From Narcine bancroftii (lineage: Eukaryota), in contig NC_091471.1 in the NCBI RefSeq assembly GCF_036971445.1, forward strand, positions 329,282,001 through 329,346,000: a DNA stretch of 64,000 nt. The letters run 5' to 3'. Shown here piece after piece: positions 50,481 to 63,844 of this stretch. The first letter of the stretch is position 1, and the number at the start of each line of letters is the position of its first letter. Below the pieces are notes generated by a model. The model was not told where the DNA came from. It searched no databases and saw only the letters and a list, made by a program, of their open reading frames with translations. Both the position numbers and the translations under genes were made by a program.

Positions 50481-50899
50481 ATTTGTGCACTAGCAAGGTC
50501 CTGAGGGAGCATGAGATTCAATCTGTCCCTGATACTGCAGCAAAATCCACCACTGAGCAGATCTGGTAGGTGACCCAGAGGCTACACGGTCCCTTGGGGG
50601 GGGGAGGGAGGAAAGATGAACAAATAAAAGAAGGTGAACCAATTTATTTAGCAATGTGAAAGGGTAAATTTACATCTCTAACAAACTTGCCCACAGTTTT
50701 CAAGCCACAGAACGTTGCCAACACTGCTGTTATGAGGTCATATTTTATTATGCAACAATTTGTTCATTCACCATCTCCATCTGATCACTGTCCCAAGCGG
50801 TCACCGTCCCGGGCACTCACGCCCACCCCTTCCTCACCTGACTGATAGTACACCAGGAGCATTGCGGGCTGTTTGCCAGGCACATTCGGAATCGTCCCC

Positions 50900-51465
50900 C
50901 CACTTTCTCCTCGCCAGCCTCCACTTTCTCCTCGCCAGCCTCCACTTTCTCCTCGCCAGCCTCCACTTTCTCCTCGCCAGCCTCCACTTTCTCCTCGCCA
51001 GCCTCCACTTTCTCCTCGCCAGCCTCCACTTTCTCCTCGCCAGCCTCCACTTTCTCCTCGCCAGCCTCCACTTTCTCCTCGCCAGCCTCCACTTTCTCCT
51101 CGCCAGCCTCCACTTTCTCCTCGCCAGCCTCCACTTTCTCCTCGCCAGCCTCCACTTTCTCCTCGCCAGCCTCCACTTTCTCCTCGCCAGCCTCCACTTT
51201 CTCCTCGCCAGCCTCCACTTTCTCCTCGCCAGCCTCCACTTTCTCCTCGCCAGCCTCCACTTTCTCCTCGCCAGCCTCCACTTTCTCCTCGCCAGCCTCC
51301 ACTTTCTCCTCGCCAGCCTCCACTTTCTCCTCGCCAGCCTCCACTTTCTCCTCGCCAGCCTCCACTTTCTCCTCGCCAGCCTCCACTTTCTCCTCGCCAG
51401 CCTCCACTTTCTCCTCGCCAGCCTCCACTTTCTCCTCGCCAGCCTCCACTTTCTCCTCGCCAGCC
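50900..51465 (+). repeat. 21 bp perfect minisatellite (CCACTTTCTCCTCGCCAGCCT)n, about 27 copies
   Basis: Directly visible; intergenic between the RBSN-like gene and WDR45. Confidence 0.97.
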
Positions 51466-51499
51466 ATTTGGATCTTACCAATTTGGGAAGCTGACTAGT

Positions 51500-51990
51500 C
51501 CAGACCAACAAAAGGTGTTAATTGGGGATGATGAAAGGAGAGGTGGGAATTGATTTTGGCTCAGTGAAAGGGGACACAGAGAGAGCTGGGTAGAAAGGGA
51601 CAGAGTAGGGGAGGGAAATGAAGATGGCGGGTGTGGTGAATGTAATGGAAACCGGAGAAGTCGACGTCAATGCCACTCGGAGGGTGCCCAGTCGAAAAAT
51701 GAGGTGTTGACCCTCCGAACTGCAGGTGTTCTCAGTCAGGCCAGGTGCAAGACTGCAGCCAGATACGACAGCAAGGGAATGGGGAACTGGAATGGGTGGC
51801 CACCGGGTGATCCGCACTATCACGGCGGACAGAGCCGAGGTGCTTGGCGAAGTGAGTATCAGGATAGGGCTGGGAATGTGGCAGCAATGGGTGATCCCTG
51901 CAGTACTGGAGTGCAGTTGCGGGCAAGGGCTCAGGCCCAAAACATCGGTATCTTTGCTGATGGATACTCAGCCTGGCTGAGTTCCTCTAG
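51500..51990 (-). mobile_element. Penelope-like GIY-YIG C-terminal fragment
   Basis: Minus-strand EGQHLIFRLGTL motif, homologous to 37410-37600. Confidence 0.65.
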
Positions 51991-52844
51991 TGTTAGCTGT
52001 GCGTGTTAACAATAACGGGATCTTCAGTCTTCCATGTTTCACACAAGGAAATGCTTTTTTAATGCTGCCTCTGCGGAGATCTGAATCTACAGTAACCTTT
52101 CACCCGCACTTGCTTCATGAGGATCCATCTCCCTCTGCTCTCCACCCTCATTCCCAATGCTTACGAGAGGGAAAAAAATACCTTGCTCTGATTTGGAAGG
52201 GTGACCTCTGATTAACTTAAACCCTGGGGCCTCTGAAATTCCCCCTTGCCCACCCTTTCAGAGCATTATCCTGTGCCTGGATTGTGATCAGAACTGATTG
52301 TTGTGAACGAGTCAGAAAATTTGTTGTTTTGCCTCAGCAGCAATCACGGGGGCAGTCATAGAAACTAGGTTCCAAAATAAACAAGTGGGGGATAAAGTGA
52401 GTAGAGGGAGGGGGAAAAGAGGAAAAAAGTAGAGGGAGGGGAAGAGAAAAAGGGTAGAGGGGAAAAGAGGAAAAAGAGTAGATGGAGGGGGAAGAGAAAA
52501 AGGTAGAGGGGAAAGAGGGAAAAAAGGGTAGAGGGAGGGGGGAGGAAAAAGGGTAAAGGGAAAAAGAGGGAGGGGGAAGTGGGAAGAGGGGAAAAAGAGT
52601 AGATGGAGGGGAAAAAGGGTAGAGGGAGGGGGCAAAGGGGGGAAAAAGAGTAGATGGAGGGGAAAAGGTAGAGGGAGGGAGAAGAGAGGAGAAAGGGTAG
52701 AGGGAGGGAGAAGAGGGGGAAAAGGGTAGAGGGAGGGAGAAGAGGGGGAAAAGGGTAGAGGGAGGGGAAAATGGGTAGAGGGAGGGGAAGAGTAGAATGT
52801 AGAGAGGAGGGGGAGATGGTAGAAGTAGAGGGTGAGATGAGGTG

Positions 52845-52921
52845 TTGTGACATCACGTCTGGTCACTGAGAGAAGGTCGGGGTGAAGCGGAAGTGTCAGA
52901 ACAACAACACGACAGCATGAA
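52845..52921 (+). promoter_or_regulatory. Putative WDR45 core promoter and first exon
   Basis: TGACATCACGT (CRE/E-box-like), ETS motif GCGGAAGTG and a possible donor AA|GTGAGA after 52921. It forms a unique island between a purine block (52385-52835) and a pyrimidine block (52940-53620). Confidence 0.5.
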
Positions 52922-53735
52922 GTGAGAAGTGTTGGCACCGTCCCCCATCCTCCATCATCAACCCCTCAATCCCACATCTCCGCTCATCCCCCCTCAATCG
53001 CCTCAGCCCTCATCCCCTCCCTTAGCCCCCCATCCACCTCCCTCATCCTCATCCCCATCCCACCTCACTGCCATCCCACTTCACTGCCATCCCACCTCAC
53101 TGCCATCCCACCTCACCGCCATCCCACCTCACCACCATCCCTCCTCACCACCATCCCACCTCACCACCATCCCACCTCATCCCCATCCCACCTCATCCCC
53201 ATCCCACTTCATCCCCATCCCACCTCATTCCCCTGCCCCCTTATCCCCATCCCACCTTATCCCCTCCCCATCCATCACCCCCTGTCCCCATCCCCCTCCC
53301 CATCCATCACCCCCTGTCCCCATCCCCCTCCCCATCTCTCACCCCCCTGTCCCCATCCCCACCCACAACCCCCCCCTTATCGCAACATCCCCATCCCCCT
53401 CAATCCTCACAACCTCCACCCCCTCATCCCTATCTCCCTCATCCCCCTCAGCCCCTCTCACTCCCCATCCCTACTCATCCCCATCTCATTGCTCCCTCAT
53501 CCCTCCATCCCCTTCAACACTGCCTCATCCTGCAACCCCCAACCGACTCACCACCCCACATCACCCCCTCATCCCACACCCCCCATCTCACCTTCCCTCC
53601 CTCTCTCCCCGCCCCCCCCCTTCCCTGCTGTGTGGTCGGGGACGGGGAATGTTTCAGAATGCCCTGGGATGACTGTGTGTGTCTCTCTCTCCCCTCCCCC
53701 ACAGGATCAGTGTTGAAACCCCCACATCACTTGCG

Positions 53736-53784
53736 ATGGCCCAACAGCACGGGGTAAACAGTCTCCGCTTCAACCAGGATCACA
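53736..53784 (+). CDS. WDR45: WDR45/WIPI4 first coding exon (acceptor at 53705)
   Basis: MAQQHGVNSLRFNQDH versus human MTQQPLRGVTSLRFNQDQ; donor GTAAGA, phase 1. Confidence 0.92.
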
Positions 53785-54074
53785 GTAAGATGGGTCCTCA
53801 CCTCTGCTGTCCCACAGCACAGAGCTCCATCCTCACCACCCCTTCCACAGCACCGAGTTCCCTCCTCACTGCCCTTCCACAGCACCGAGCTCCCTCCTCA
53901 CTGCCCTTCCACAGCACCGAGCTCCCTCCTCACTGCCCCTTCCGCAGCACGGTGCTCCCTCCTCACCGCTTCTCCCGCAGTGCGGAGCTCCCTTCTCACT
54001 GCCCCTCCCTCAGCGCGAATGTTCCTCCTCACTGCCCCTCCCACTGCAAAGTATGGCAGACAGACTCCCCATGA

Positions 54075-54338
<264 letters not shown>

Positions 54339-54749
54339 TGATCCGCTGTACCTCCTCCCTGTCAATGTAACCCCCTCCAGTTCCCTAAACTCCTCCCTAT
54401 CTGTAACCCTATCTGAGTCCCACACCCCTCTCCATCTCTGTAACCTCCTCCAGTCCCTTACACTCTTCCCTGTATCTGTAACCCCCTCTGGTTCCCTACA
54501 CTCCTCCCTGTCTCTGTAACCCCTCCAGTCCCCTACACCCCTCCCTGTCTCTGATCTGGACATCAATAAGAGGCAGATGGAAATGAGGGTGTGCAAGTTT
54601 TTGGCCTTCACAGAGATCCAAGTGAACAGATCACATTAAGTTCACAGGCAGTTTCCCTTTCTTGTAAAGGGGCTGGTGTTGATGAACAGGGAGCCTTTGT
54701 TCCAGTTGCACAGGGTAATGGTGAGGATGGAATCAGCCCCTGACCTGAG

Positions 54750-55995
54750 AAAGGAAATCCTAGACTGGTTAGCCTGACATCTGTGGTTGGGAAGATGTGG
54801 GAGTCAAAGATGAGGTTACAGAGTACTTGGAGACATGTGACAAAACAGGCCAAAGCCAGCATGGTTTACTTCAGGGAAAGACTGGCTTCGCAAACCTGTT
54901 GGAACTCTGAGGAAGTGACCAGCCGGCTGGGTATGGGAGATGCAGTGGATGTTGTGTGTCTGGGTTTTCAGAAGGCCTTTGACAAGGGGACGCACATGAG
55001 GCTACTGAACGAGATAAGAGCCCATGGTGTTACAGGAAACATACTAGGAGAACATTGGCTTATTGGCAGGAAGCAGAGAGTCGAAATACAGGAATCGTAT
55101 TCGGATTGGCTGCCGGTTGCTAGTGATGTTCCAAGGGGTTGGTGTTAGGGCCACTTCTTTTCACAATTTAGATTATGAAATGAACAGCTTCGTGGCCAAG
55201 TCTCCAGACAATACGAAGGAAGATGGAGGGGCAGGTGGTGTCAAGAAAACAGGGTGGTTGCAGAAGGACTTTGGTCAGGATAGCAGGCAGAGAAGTGGTA
55301 AATGAAATACAATGTCGGAGAGTTTACGGTCGTGCACTTTGGTTGAAAAAATAAACAGGCAGACTGTTTTATAAATGGGGAGAAAATTGAAAATCCCCAG
55401 ATACAAAGGGACCTGGGAGTCCTCGTGCAGAACAGCCTGAAGGTAAAGTTGCAGGTGGAGTTGGAGGTGAAGAAGGCAAACGAGATGCTGCCGTTCATTT
55501 CAAGAGGTAGAGAATATAAGAGCAGGGATGTGATGTTGAGGCTTTAAAACCCCCGGTGAGCCCCCATGTGGAGTATTGTGAACAGTTTTGGGCTTCTTGT
55601 TGAAGAAAGGATGTTCAGAGGATGTTCACTTTGTGAATAAAAGGGTTATCGTGTGAGGAATGTTTGACGGCTCTTGGCCTGGACTCGTTGGTATTTAGGA
55701 GAATGAGAGGGGAATCGCTGAAACTTTTTGAATGTTGAAAGGCAGGACAAAATAGATGTAGAAAGGTTGTTCCCCACGGTGGGAGAGTCCAGGGCAAGAG
55801 GGCACAACTTCAGAGTTGAAGGGCATCCGCTTAGAACAGAGATTCGGTGGAATTTCTTCAGCCAGAGGGTGGTGAATCTGTGGAATTTGTTGCCACTGGC
55901 AGTTGTGGAGGCCGGGTCACTGGGTGTATTTAAGGGATGATGAAATGGGGCAGACTCGATGAGTTGAATGGCCTATTTCTGCTCTTATTCCTTAT
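54750..55995 (+). mobile_element. Decayed CR1 LINE (RT to 3' end)
   Basis: VDVVCLGFQKAFDK, WLIGRKQRV, SDWLPVASDVPRG, RWNFFSQRVVNLWNLLP, plus the tail TGAATGGCCTATTTCTGCTC. Confidence 0.9.
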
Positions 55996-56362
55996 GGTTA
56001 TTGGGTTGACACCACACTCTAGGCTGAAGGATCTGTGAACTGTGCTGTAAATTTCTAGGTTCTGTGAGATTGGATTTTGAAAGATCATGATGTTAAGAGG
56101 GCTGTGGAAGTGGAAGTCTGGGGCACACCATTCTAGAGGGGCCAAGTGGCAACTATCATTTTGTGACATCCGTGAATTCTGGTTCCAGCCTCTGGCTCCT
56201 ACCTCAGTTCCAGTTACTCCACTGGGGGAGGAGTCACGTGATGGAGTAGTGGCCGGTCAGGGAATTCCAGCCCTCTCCCGAAAAGTTTAAAAAAAAAACA
56301 CACAAAGCACAAAGGTACAAGATTAAAATTTATAATAAAGTAAAAATAAAGGTGAGAAGAAA

Positions 56363-57576
56363 ATGGCAGTGAAGAGAGAAAAGTCGAAAACAACGGGAAG
56401 AAAAGAGGAAAAAAGAATGTCGGAAGAAGAAGGTGAAGGCCTTACCCGTCCGAAGAGGCCCACCGCGGAGAGAGAAGCCCGCTCCCTCAGGTCAGTGGAA
56501 GTCCCGGGCTCGGGACCACAAAAATGGCTCACAGAGCCGAGTAAAAGTGCGCGACCGTGCATGAAAAAAAACACACTGACGGGAGGGGGGAACAGCTGCG
56601 GAGTCGATCTCCACAGCTGAGAGAGACACCTGCAGCACAGCAGCAGGTGCAGAACACAGACAATAATGACAACAAGAAAGAAGAGGGTAAAAAGAAAACA
56701 AGGAAACAACAGATGGTCAACCCAGAGGAAGAAGAAGAAGAACAGAAAGAAGTGGAAGAAGAAGAGAAAGGCAAGACAATGGATGTATCTTTTTTTAAAG
56801 AATATATGGAATCAGTGAAAGAATGGCAATTGCAAGAATTTGATGAGATAAAAAGAAGAATTAAGAGTGCAGAAGAAAAAATGAATAATTTAGTAATGGT
56901 CATGTCAGAGATAGGAAAAAGAGTGGAAAATATGGAAAAACGAGAAATAATTGTAGAAATGGAAGTAGAGGAATTAAAAGAGAAATTAGAAGAATCTAAT
57001 AAAAAAGTTAAAGAGACACATGAGCTGTTAGCTCAGAAGATAGATATAATGGAAAACTATAATAGAAGAAATAATATAAAGATAGTGGGCCTTAAGGAAG
57101 ATGAAGAAGGCAAGAATATGAGAGAATTTATAAAAGATTGGATCCCCAGGGTCCTAGGAAGACCAGAATTACAGGAAGAAATGGAAATAGAGAGGGCACG
57201 TAGAACTTTAGCCCCGAAACCACAACCGCAGCAAAAACCAAGATCCATTTTAGTAAAATTCTTAAGATATACAACAAGAGAAAATATATTGGAGAAAGCA
57301 ATGAAGAAAGTAAGAGAGGACAAAAAGCCACTGGAATATAAAGGTCAAAAAAAATTTTTCTATCCAGACATAAGTTTTGAACTCCTGAAGAAGAGGAAGG
57401 AGTTCAATACAGCAAAAATGATCTTATGGAAAAAAGGATATAAATTTATGTTAAAGTATCCAGCGGTACTTAAAATAGCTATTCCAGGGCAACAAAACAG
57501 ACTATTCTCGGATCCAGAGGAAGGAAGGAAATTTGCAGAACAACTACAAAATAAGCAGAGAGATGAAGTCATGTAA
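56363..57576 (+). CDS. L1 ORF1; open from 56557 to 57576, probable N-terminus at 56363 joined by a frameshift in the A8 run at 56564-56571
   Basis: MENYNRRNNIKIVGLKE, IERARR, KPRSILVKFLRY, FYPDIS, KYPAVL. Confidence 0.85.
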
Positions 57577-57621
57577 TGAGAGTAAAAATGTCCACGAACT
57601 ATATGTATGTGTGTAAAGGGA

Positions 57622-57655
<34 letters not shown>

Positions 57656-58090
57656 GTGTGTATACATGAATGTATCCGTATTTAGATGAAAATATATAGT
57701 ATAGACAAGAATTAATAAGGGAGGGAAAGGGAATAGAGGGAATAAGGAGGGAATTAAAAGAGTGACCTTTGTTACATATGAAAATTGAAATCTTTTCTGG
57801 GGGGGCTGGGTGGGGAGGAGTTACGGTCACTACAAAATCAGTTGACGTTTGCGAGTGAATTCGCAAATCCAAATGGAGATGGGAGATGTGGTTGCCCGAC
57901 AAGGGATAAAGGGCAACTCAGGAGGGGGAGGGGAGAATGGGGTTAAAGAAGTTTTAAATAGGAGAATAAGGAAAATGTTTGATGTTTTAGAAATGTTGTC
58001 TTATAGAGTGTTCAAAACAAGAAAGCAGAAATGGATAAGAAGGAAAGGTGATGATGGAGAAACGGAAACGGAAGATAAACAAAGTATGAA

Positions 58091-61000
58091 ATGGCTACGC
58101 TGAACTATATGACTTTAAATATTAACGGACTACATAACCAAATTAAAAGGAAGAAACTGCTAAATTTACTGAAAAAAAAAAATTGATATAGCATTTGTGC
58201 AAGAAACACATTTAACTGAATTGGAGCACAAGAAATTAAAGAGAGATTGGGTAGAACATGTAACAGCAGCGTTATATAATTCAAAAGCAAGAGGAGTAGC
58301 TATATTAATTAGTAAAAATATGCCAATTAAAATAGAAGAGGAAATAATAGATCCAGCAGGGAGATATGTAAAGATAAAATGTCAGATATATTCGGAGTTT
58401 TGGAATCTACTCAATGTATATTCACCCAACGAAGAAGATCAATAGTTTATGCAAGGTATTTTTTTGAAGGTAGCAGATACGCAAGGGAACATATTAATAG
58501 GAGGGGATTTCAACCTGAATTTGGATTCAAATATGGACAAAACGTGGAAAAAAAATTAACAGAAAGAACAAAGTAACCAAATTTATAATTAAATCGATGG
58601 AAGAAATGCAACTTTTGGATATATGGAGGAAACAACACCCAAAGGAAAAGGAATATTCATATTACTCGGGTAGACATAAAACATACTCAAGAAAAGACCT
58701 ATTTTTGTTATCAGCTCGTATGCAAGATAGAGTAAGAAAAACAGAATATAAAGCTAGAATATTATCGGACCATTCACCCTTGATATTGACAATAGAGTTA
58801 GAGGACATTCCCTCCAAGAATGTATAGATGGAGATTAAACTCCATGCTACTTAAAAGGAAGGATTTTAGAGAATTCATTGAAAGACAAATAAAAATGTAT
58901 TTTGAAATAAATACGGAATCAGTGAAAGATAAATTTATACTATGGGATGCAATGAAAGCGTTCATTAGAGGGCAAATAATAAGTTATGTAACCAAGATGA
59001 AGAAGGACTACAATCAGGAAACAGAGCAGTTGGAAAGGGAAATAGTAAATATAGAAAATGAATTAGCAATGATGGAAGATACAATTAAAAGAAGAGAATT
59101 GGCAGATAAAAAAATAAAATAAGAAACACTACAAACATATAAGGTGGAGAAGAACATAATGAAGACAAAACAGAAATATTATGAACTAGGAGAAAAAACG
59201 CACAAAATTCTAGCATGGCAGCTTAAGACAGAACAAGCTAAGAAAATGGTATTGGCATCAAGGAAAAAAGACAAATCACATATAATCCAACGGAGATCAA
59301 GGAAAACTTTAGAGAATTCTATGAACAATTATACCAAACTGAAAACGAAGGGAAAGAAGGGAAAATAGATGAATTTTTAACTAAAATTGAACTACCAAAA
59401 TTACAAATAGAGGAACAAAATAAATTAACAGAACCATTTGAAATAGTAGAAATACAAGAGATAATAAAAAAAATTACCAAATAATAAAACACCAGGAGAG
59501 GATGGATTCCCAATAGAATTCTATAAAACATTTAAAGATTTATTAATTCCTCCCCTCCTGGAAGTAATCAACCAGATTGATGTAAAACAGCAATAATTAC
59601 AGTAATACTGAAGCAAGAGAAAGATCTGCTCGCAGCAGCGTCATATAGACCAATATCTTTACTTAACACAGATTATACGATAATAGCTAAGCTATTATTA
59701 GCAAACAGATTAGCAGAGTATGTACCTAAAATGGTAACTCTAGACCAAACTGGATTTATTAAAAAAAGACGCACAACAGACAATATTAGTAAATTTATTA
59801 ACTTAATTCATGCAGTAGAAGGGAGTAAAGCGCCAACAGTAGCAGTTGCTTTAGACGCAGAGAAGGCCTTTGACATAGTAGAATGGAATTATTTATTCAA
59901 AGTATTGCAAAAATTCAGTTTACCAGAGAAGTATATTAATTGGATTAAAGCATTATATAAGGGGCCATTGGCGAAAGTGACAGTAAATGGATATATATCA
60001 AAGCAATTTAACTTAAGCAGGTCAACACGGCAGGGATGCCCACTATCACCCTTATTGTTCGCGATAGCTATAGAACCACTAGCAGAATTGATAAGAACAG
60101 AAAATAATATAAAAGGGATAAAAATAAAAGACAAGGAATATAAAATCAGTTTATTTGCGGATGATGTTATAGTATACTTAACAGAACCAGAACTATCAAT
60201 AAAAGAATTATATAAGAAATTGAAGGAATATAGAGAAGTGTTGGGTTACAAGATTAACGTAAATAAAAGTGAAGCAATGCGAATGAATAATGCGGATTTC
60301 TCAAAATTTAAGAAGGAATCACCATTCAGATGCAAATGCAAGCAATAAGATACCTAGGTATACAAATAAATAAAAATCTCGGCCATCTATATAAACTAAA
60401 TAATTATCCACTAATGAAAAAATTACAGATGATTTAGAGCATTGGAAAGATTTACCATTAACACTAATAGGAAGGATAAACTGTAATAAAATGAACATTT
60501 TCTCAAGGATATTATACCTATTTCAGGCATTGCCAATACACTTGACAGAGAAATTCTTCAAGGAGTTAAAGAAAATACTAAGGAAATTTTTATGGAAAGG
60601 GGGGAAACTGAGGATAGCACTAGATAAATTAACAGAATGGTATAAACAAGGAGGCTTACAACTGCCAAACTTAAAAAATTATTATAGAGCCACACAATTA
60701 AGATACCTATCAGATTTTTATCAAACAAGGGAAAAGCCAGATTGGACTAGATTAGAATTAGATAAAATAGGGGAAAAGATACCTGAACACATATTATATA
60801 AATGGGACGAAAAATTGATACAACGTAGGAGTTCTCCAGTATTACATCATCTACTCAATATTTGGAAAAAGATTCATGTAGAAAGGAATAAAACAAATTA
60901 CCAATTACCAAAACTAATATTGACGCAAAATAAGTTACTCCCATTTACAATAGATAACCTTTCCTTTAGAGAATGGGAGAAAAAAGGGATCAAAAGAATA

Positions 61001-61862
61001 GAAAATTGTTTTTCAGGAAATAGATTATTATCCTTTGAACAAATGAAAGATAAATACAATATAACTCAAGATACAGTGCTGGCATATTACCAATTGAGAT
61101 CCTACTTGAAGGACAAATTAGGAAGCAGTCTGAGGTTACCAGAGGGAAATAACTTTGAATATGTGATTACAGATACAATAATAATCAAAAGATTTATAAC
61201 AAATATGTATATTAAACTGCAAGAAAAGGAGAATGAGGAAACAAATGGTAAAGCTAAACAAAAATGGGAACAAGATTTAAATATAAAGATAAAAAAGGAA
61301 ACATGGGAGAAGTTATGTTCTGGAACGATGAGAAATACAATAAATACGAGGTTACGTATGATACAATATAACTGGATACACAGGCTATACATTACACCTC
61401 AAAAGTTAAATAAATGGGACCCAACAGTATCTGACAGATGTTTTCGATGTAAAAACGAAATGGGAACAACAATTCATGCAATCTGGACATGTGAGAAAGT
61501 AGAAAAATTTTGGGAAGATCTAAACCAAATAATAAATAAAATTACAGAAAACAATATACCAAAAAATCCAGAGATCTTCCTCCTAAGTAACATAAAAAAC
61601 AAAGAATTTGGAATTGATTTGGATGGTGCACAAAAAAGATTTGTTAAGATAGCTCTAGCCGTAGCAAAAAAAATGTATTATGTCAACCTGGAAATTGGAA
61701 GATAATTTGAAAATACAACAATGGTATATAGAAATGAATAAATGTATTCCATTAGAAAAAATAACATATAGTTTAAGAAATAATATTGAAATATTTGAAC
61801 AAATATGGGAGCCTTACATGAAACACAATAGAGAAAACCTACTGGGGACATTCACTACCTAA
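58091..61862 (+). pseudogene. L1 ORF2 (endonuclease plus reverse transcriptase), broken by several frameshifts and stops
   Basis: MATLNYMTLNINGL, QETHL, SDHSP, DQTGF, LDAEKAFD, RQGCPLSP, LFADD, CFRC...HAIWTC. Confidence 0.95.
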
Positions 61863-62116
61863 ATTAACGAATGGAGAAGGAAAAGAAAAGAATTGACTCA
61901 GTGGAATTTCTTGTTTATTTTTATTGAATGACAACATTGTTTGACTGGTTTAATGTATCTTAGATTTTGTACTTTAAATGGATGGGGGGGGGAGGTATGG
62001 AGGGTGGGATGGGAGGAGGGGGAGGAGAAAATGACTGTATATATTTGAAAAGGAAAATGTATGTATCATGGTCAATGTGATTTATGGTGTGAAAAATAAA
62101 AAACTTTAAAAAAAAA

Positions 62117-62144
62117 GAATTTGTCACTCGGGACAACACCAGAG
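62117..62144 (+). pseudogene. WDR45: 3' rump of a WDR45 exon directly after the L1 poly(A)
   Basis: GAA TTT GTC ACT CGG GAC AAC ACC AGA G|GTAAGG = EFVTRDNTRG versus human EFDTRDNPKG, with the donor in the expected phase 1; no acceptor or 5' half present. Confidence 0.8.
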
Positions 62145-62269
62145 GTAAGGTCTCCTTGACTGTTAACCCATGCCAGCCTGCATTCATGTCCTTCTTATGG
62201 TACAAGATCCCTCATTCCGCAGCCTTCCCACTGTCTGCACAGCAGGTCAGGAAAGTGAATCAATGTGAC

Positions 62270-62650
62270 TGACGATGCACACCCCATCCACCACATTAAC
62301 CCCGCCTCCTGTGTCCTGACCATAAGTCAGTGAAGTGACAGAACCTGACTGACCGTGGTTAATTGATATTCTCCCCATCCACCATGTCAACCTCACTGTC
62401 CGTGGTTAGTCGATATACACCCAGAAGAATGATGGAACTTCCCCGTCCGTGGTTAGTTGATGTACTTCACATCCACCATGTCAACATATCCTCCCGTCCC
62501 CTGTCCAGAAGTCAGGGGAATGAGGGAACCGCACTGTCCATGGTTAGTCGATGCACTTCACATCCGCCACATCAATGATAGAATTTCACTCTGTGGTTAT
62601 TCGATGTACACCTCATCCACCTCATTAATGTCATTTCCCATTCCCCTGTC
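62270..62650 (+). repeat. Degenerate tandem repeat
   Basis: Recurrent CTGTCCGTGGTTAGTCGAT...CATCCACCATGTCAAC units. Confidence 0.65.
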
Positions 62651-62976
62651 CACAAGAACAATCTAAGTTGTGTTCCTGTAAAAATATTGTCAACGTGTGT
62701 CAACTTGCCCTCCTCAACCTTCATGTGAAGCGTAGCAGCTTCCTGACCACTGAGGAAATTTGGCTACAGGATAGAACATCCTTTCTCTGTGCCCTCAGAC
62801 CTGACCCCAGTCCTCCTGTATCCCCCCACTATTCCCGAACACGGTTTGAGTTGCAGCCCAGGATCTCCTGAAGCTGCGTTGGGTGATTGTGGCAGGGGAT
62901 TGGAGGGACAGTTTGAGGGGGCGTGCTGGGGATGTCACCAGAGCCCCGCCGTCAGCAGCCCTTCTGTTATCCGTAG

Positions 62977-63056
62977 GCCTGTGTGACCTGTGCCCCAGCA
63001 TCGAGAAGCAGCTCCTAGTCTTCCCTGGACACAAGTGTGGCAACCTTCAGATCGTG
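62977..63056 (+). CDS. WDR45: WDR45 exon
   Basis: [27 protein letters not shown] versus human [27 protein letters not shown]; 80 bp, phases 1/0. Confidence 0.95.
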
Positions 63057-63721
63057 GTGAGTGAGCGGGAAACTGAGGAGGTGGTTGGAGCCTTTCGTCA
63101 TGGCTGATCTCCCACCCCACCCCATCAACCCCTGACCGCACACACCTGCCCACCACACCCCTGCTCCGCGACCCCTGTGAATAAAGCCCGTGCACTGTCA
63201 CGCCAGGTTTAACCCCTGACTCCTCTCTCCTGCGTTACCCACGCCCACCAACCATTGAATCCCATCAGACCCCTAGACCCCTCCCCTTCTCTGTAATCCC
63301 ACTCTGGTCCCCGACACTCCTTCTCATCTTTGCAATCCACTCTGGTCCCATCCACCCCTCCCTGTCTCTAACAGCCTCCAGTCACCTACACCTCTTCCTG
63401 TCCTCTGATATCCCCTCCGTTGCCCTACACCCCTCCCTGCATCTGTAAGCCTCTCTGGTCCTCTACACCCATCCCTGTCTCTGTAACCACCCCCCCCAGT
63501 CCCCTACACCCCTCTCTGTCTCTGAAACCCCCCCCAGTCACTTTCCCCCATCACAGACCCGCCCCGTTGCACACCCTACCCCTCCACAAGAAGCCCACAG
63601 CACTCTCGCAATATTTCGCCCCACCTCGTTTATGGATGGGGATTGTGGAGGGGACATGGGTGTTTCTGGCTCCCCATCCCAGACCAGCCCCATGGACTAC
63701 TGTTACCATGCCTGGCTGCAG

Positions 63722-63844
63722 GACTTGTTGAACACAAAGCCAGGCGTCTCGTCAGCACCCTTCACCATCAACGCCCACCAGAGTGAGATTGCCTGCATCG
63801 CCCTGAACCAGCACGGCAGCGTTGTCGCATCTGCCTCCAGGAAG
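63722..63844 (+). CDS. WDR45: WDR45 exon; the gene presumably continues beyond the window
   Basis: [41 protein letters not shown]; CAG acceptor, GTATGG donor. Confidence 0.93.

Larger units (their letters stand above)
56224..62116 (+). mobile_element. Full-length L1-clade retrotransposon (~5.9 kb), sense to WDR45
   Basis: 5' GGGGGAGGAGTCACGTGATGG, ORF1, spacer with (TA)n, ORF2 (APE, RT, C-terminal Cys/His region), G-rich 3' UTR, AATAAA and an A-tail ending at 62116. Confidence 0.95.

Noticed and set aside
50760-51553. ORFs with heptad repeats (EEKVEAG)n, (KWRLARR)n, (ASLHFLL)n resembling coiled-coil or antimicrobial peptides
   Set aside because: Perfect 21 bp DNA repeat with no synonymous variation, open in many frames, with no supporting gene structure.
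56561-56572. A AAA AAC slippery heptamer linking the 56363 ORF to ORF1 by a -1 shift
   Set aside because: The element has several other homopolymer frameshifts, so a simple indel or sequencing error is more parsimonious; would need the family consensus.
56557-57576. Open L1 ORF1 beside a broken ORF2, as possible domestication
   Set aside because: The short ORF can stay open by chance in a young copy, and it has ERARR in place of the conserved ERAHR.
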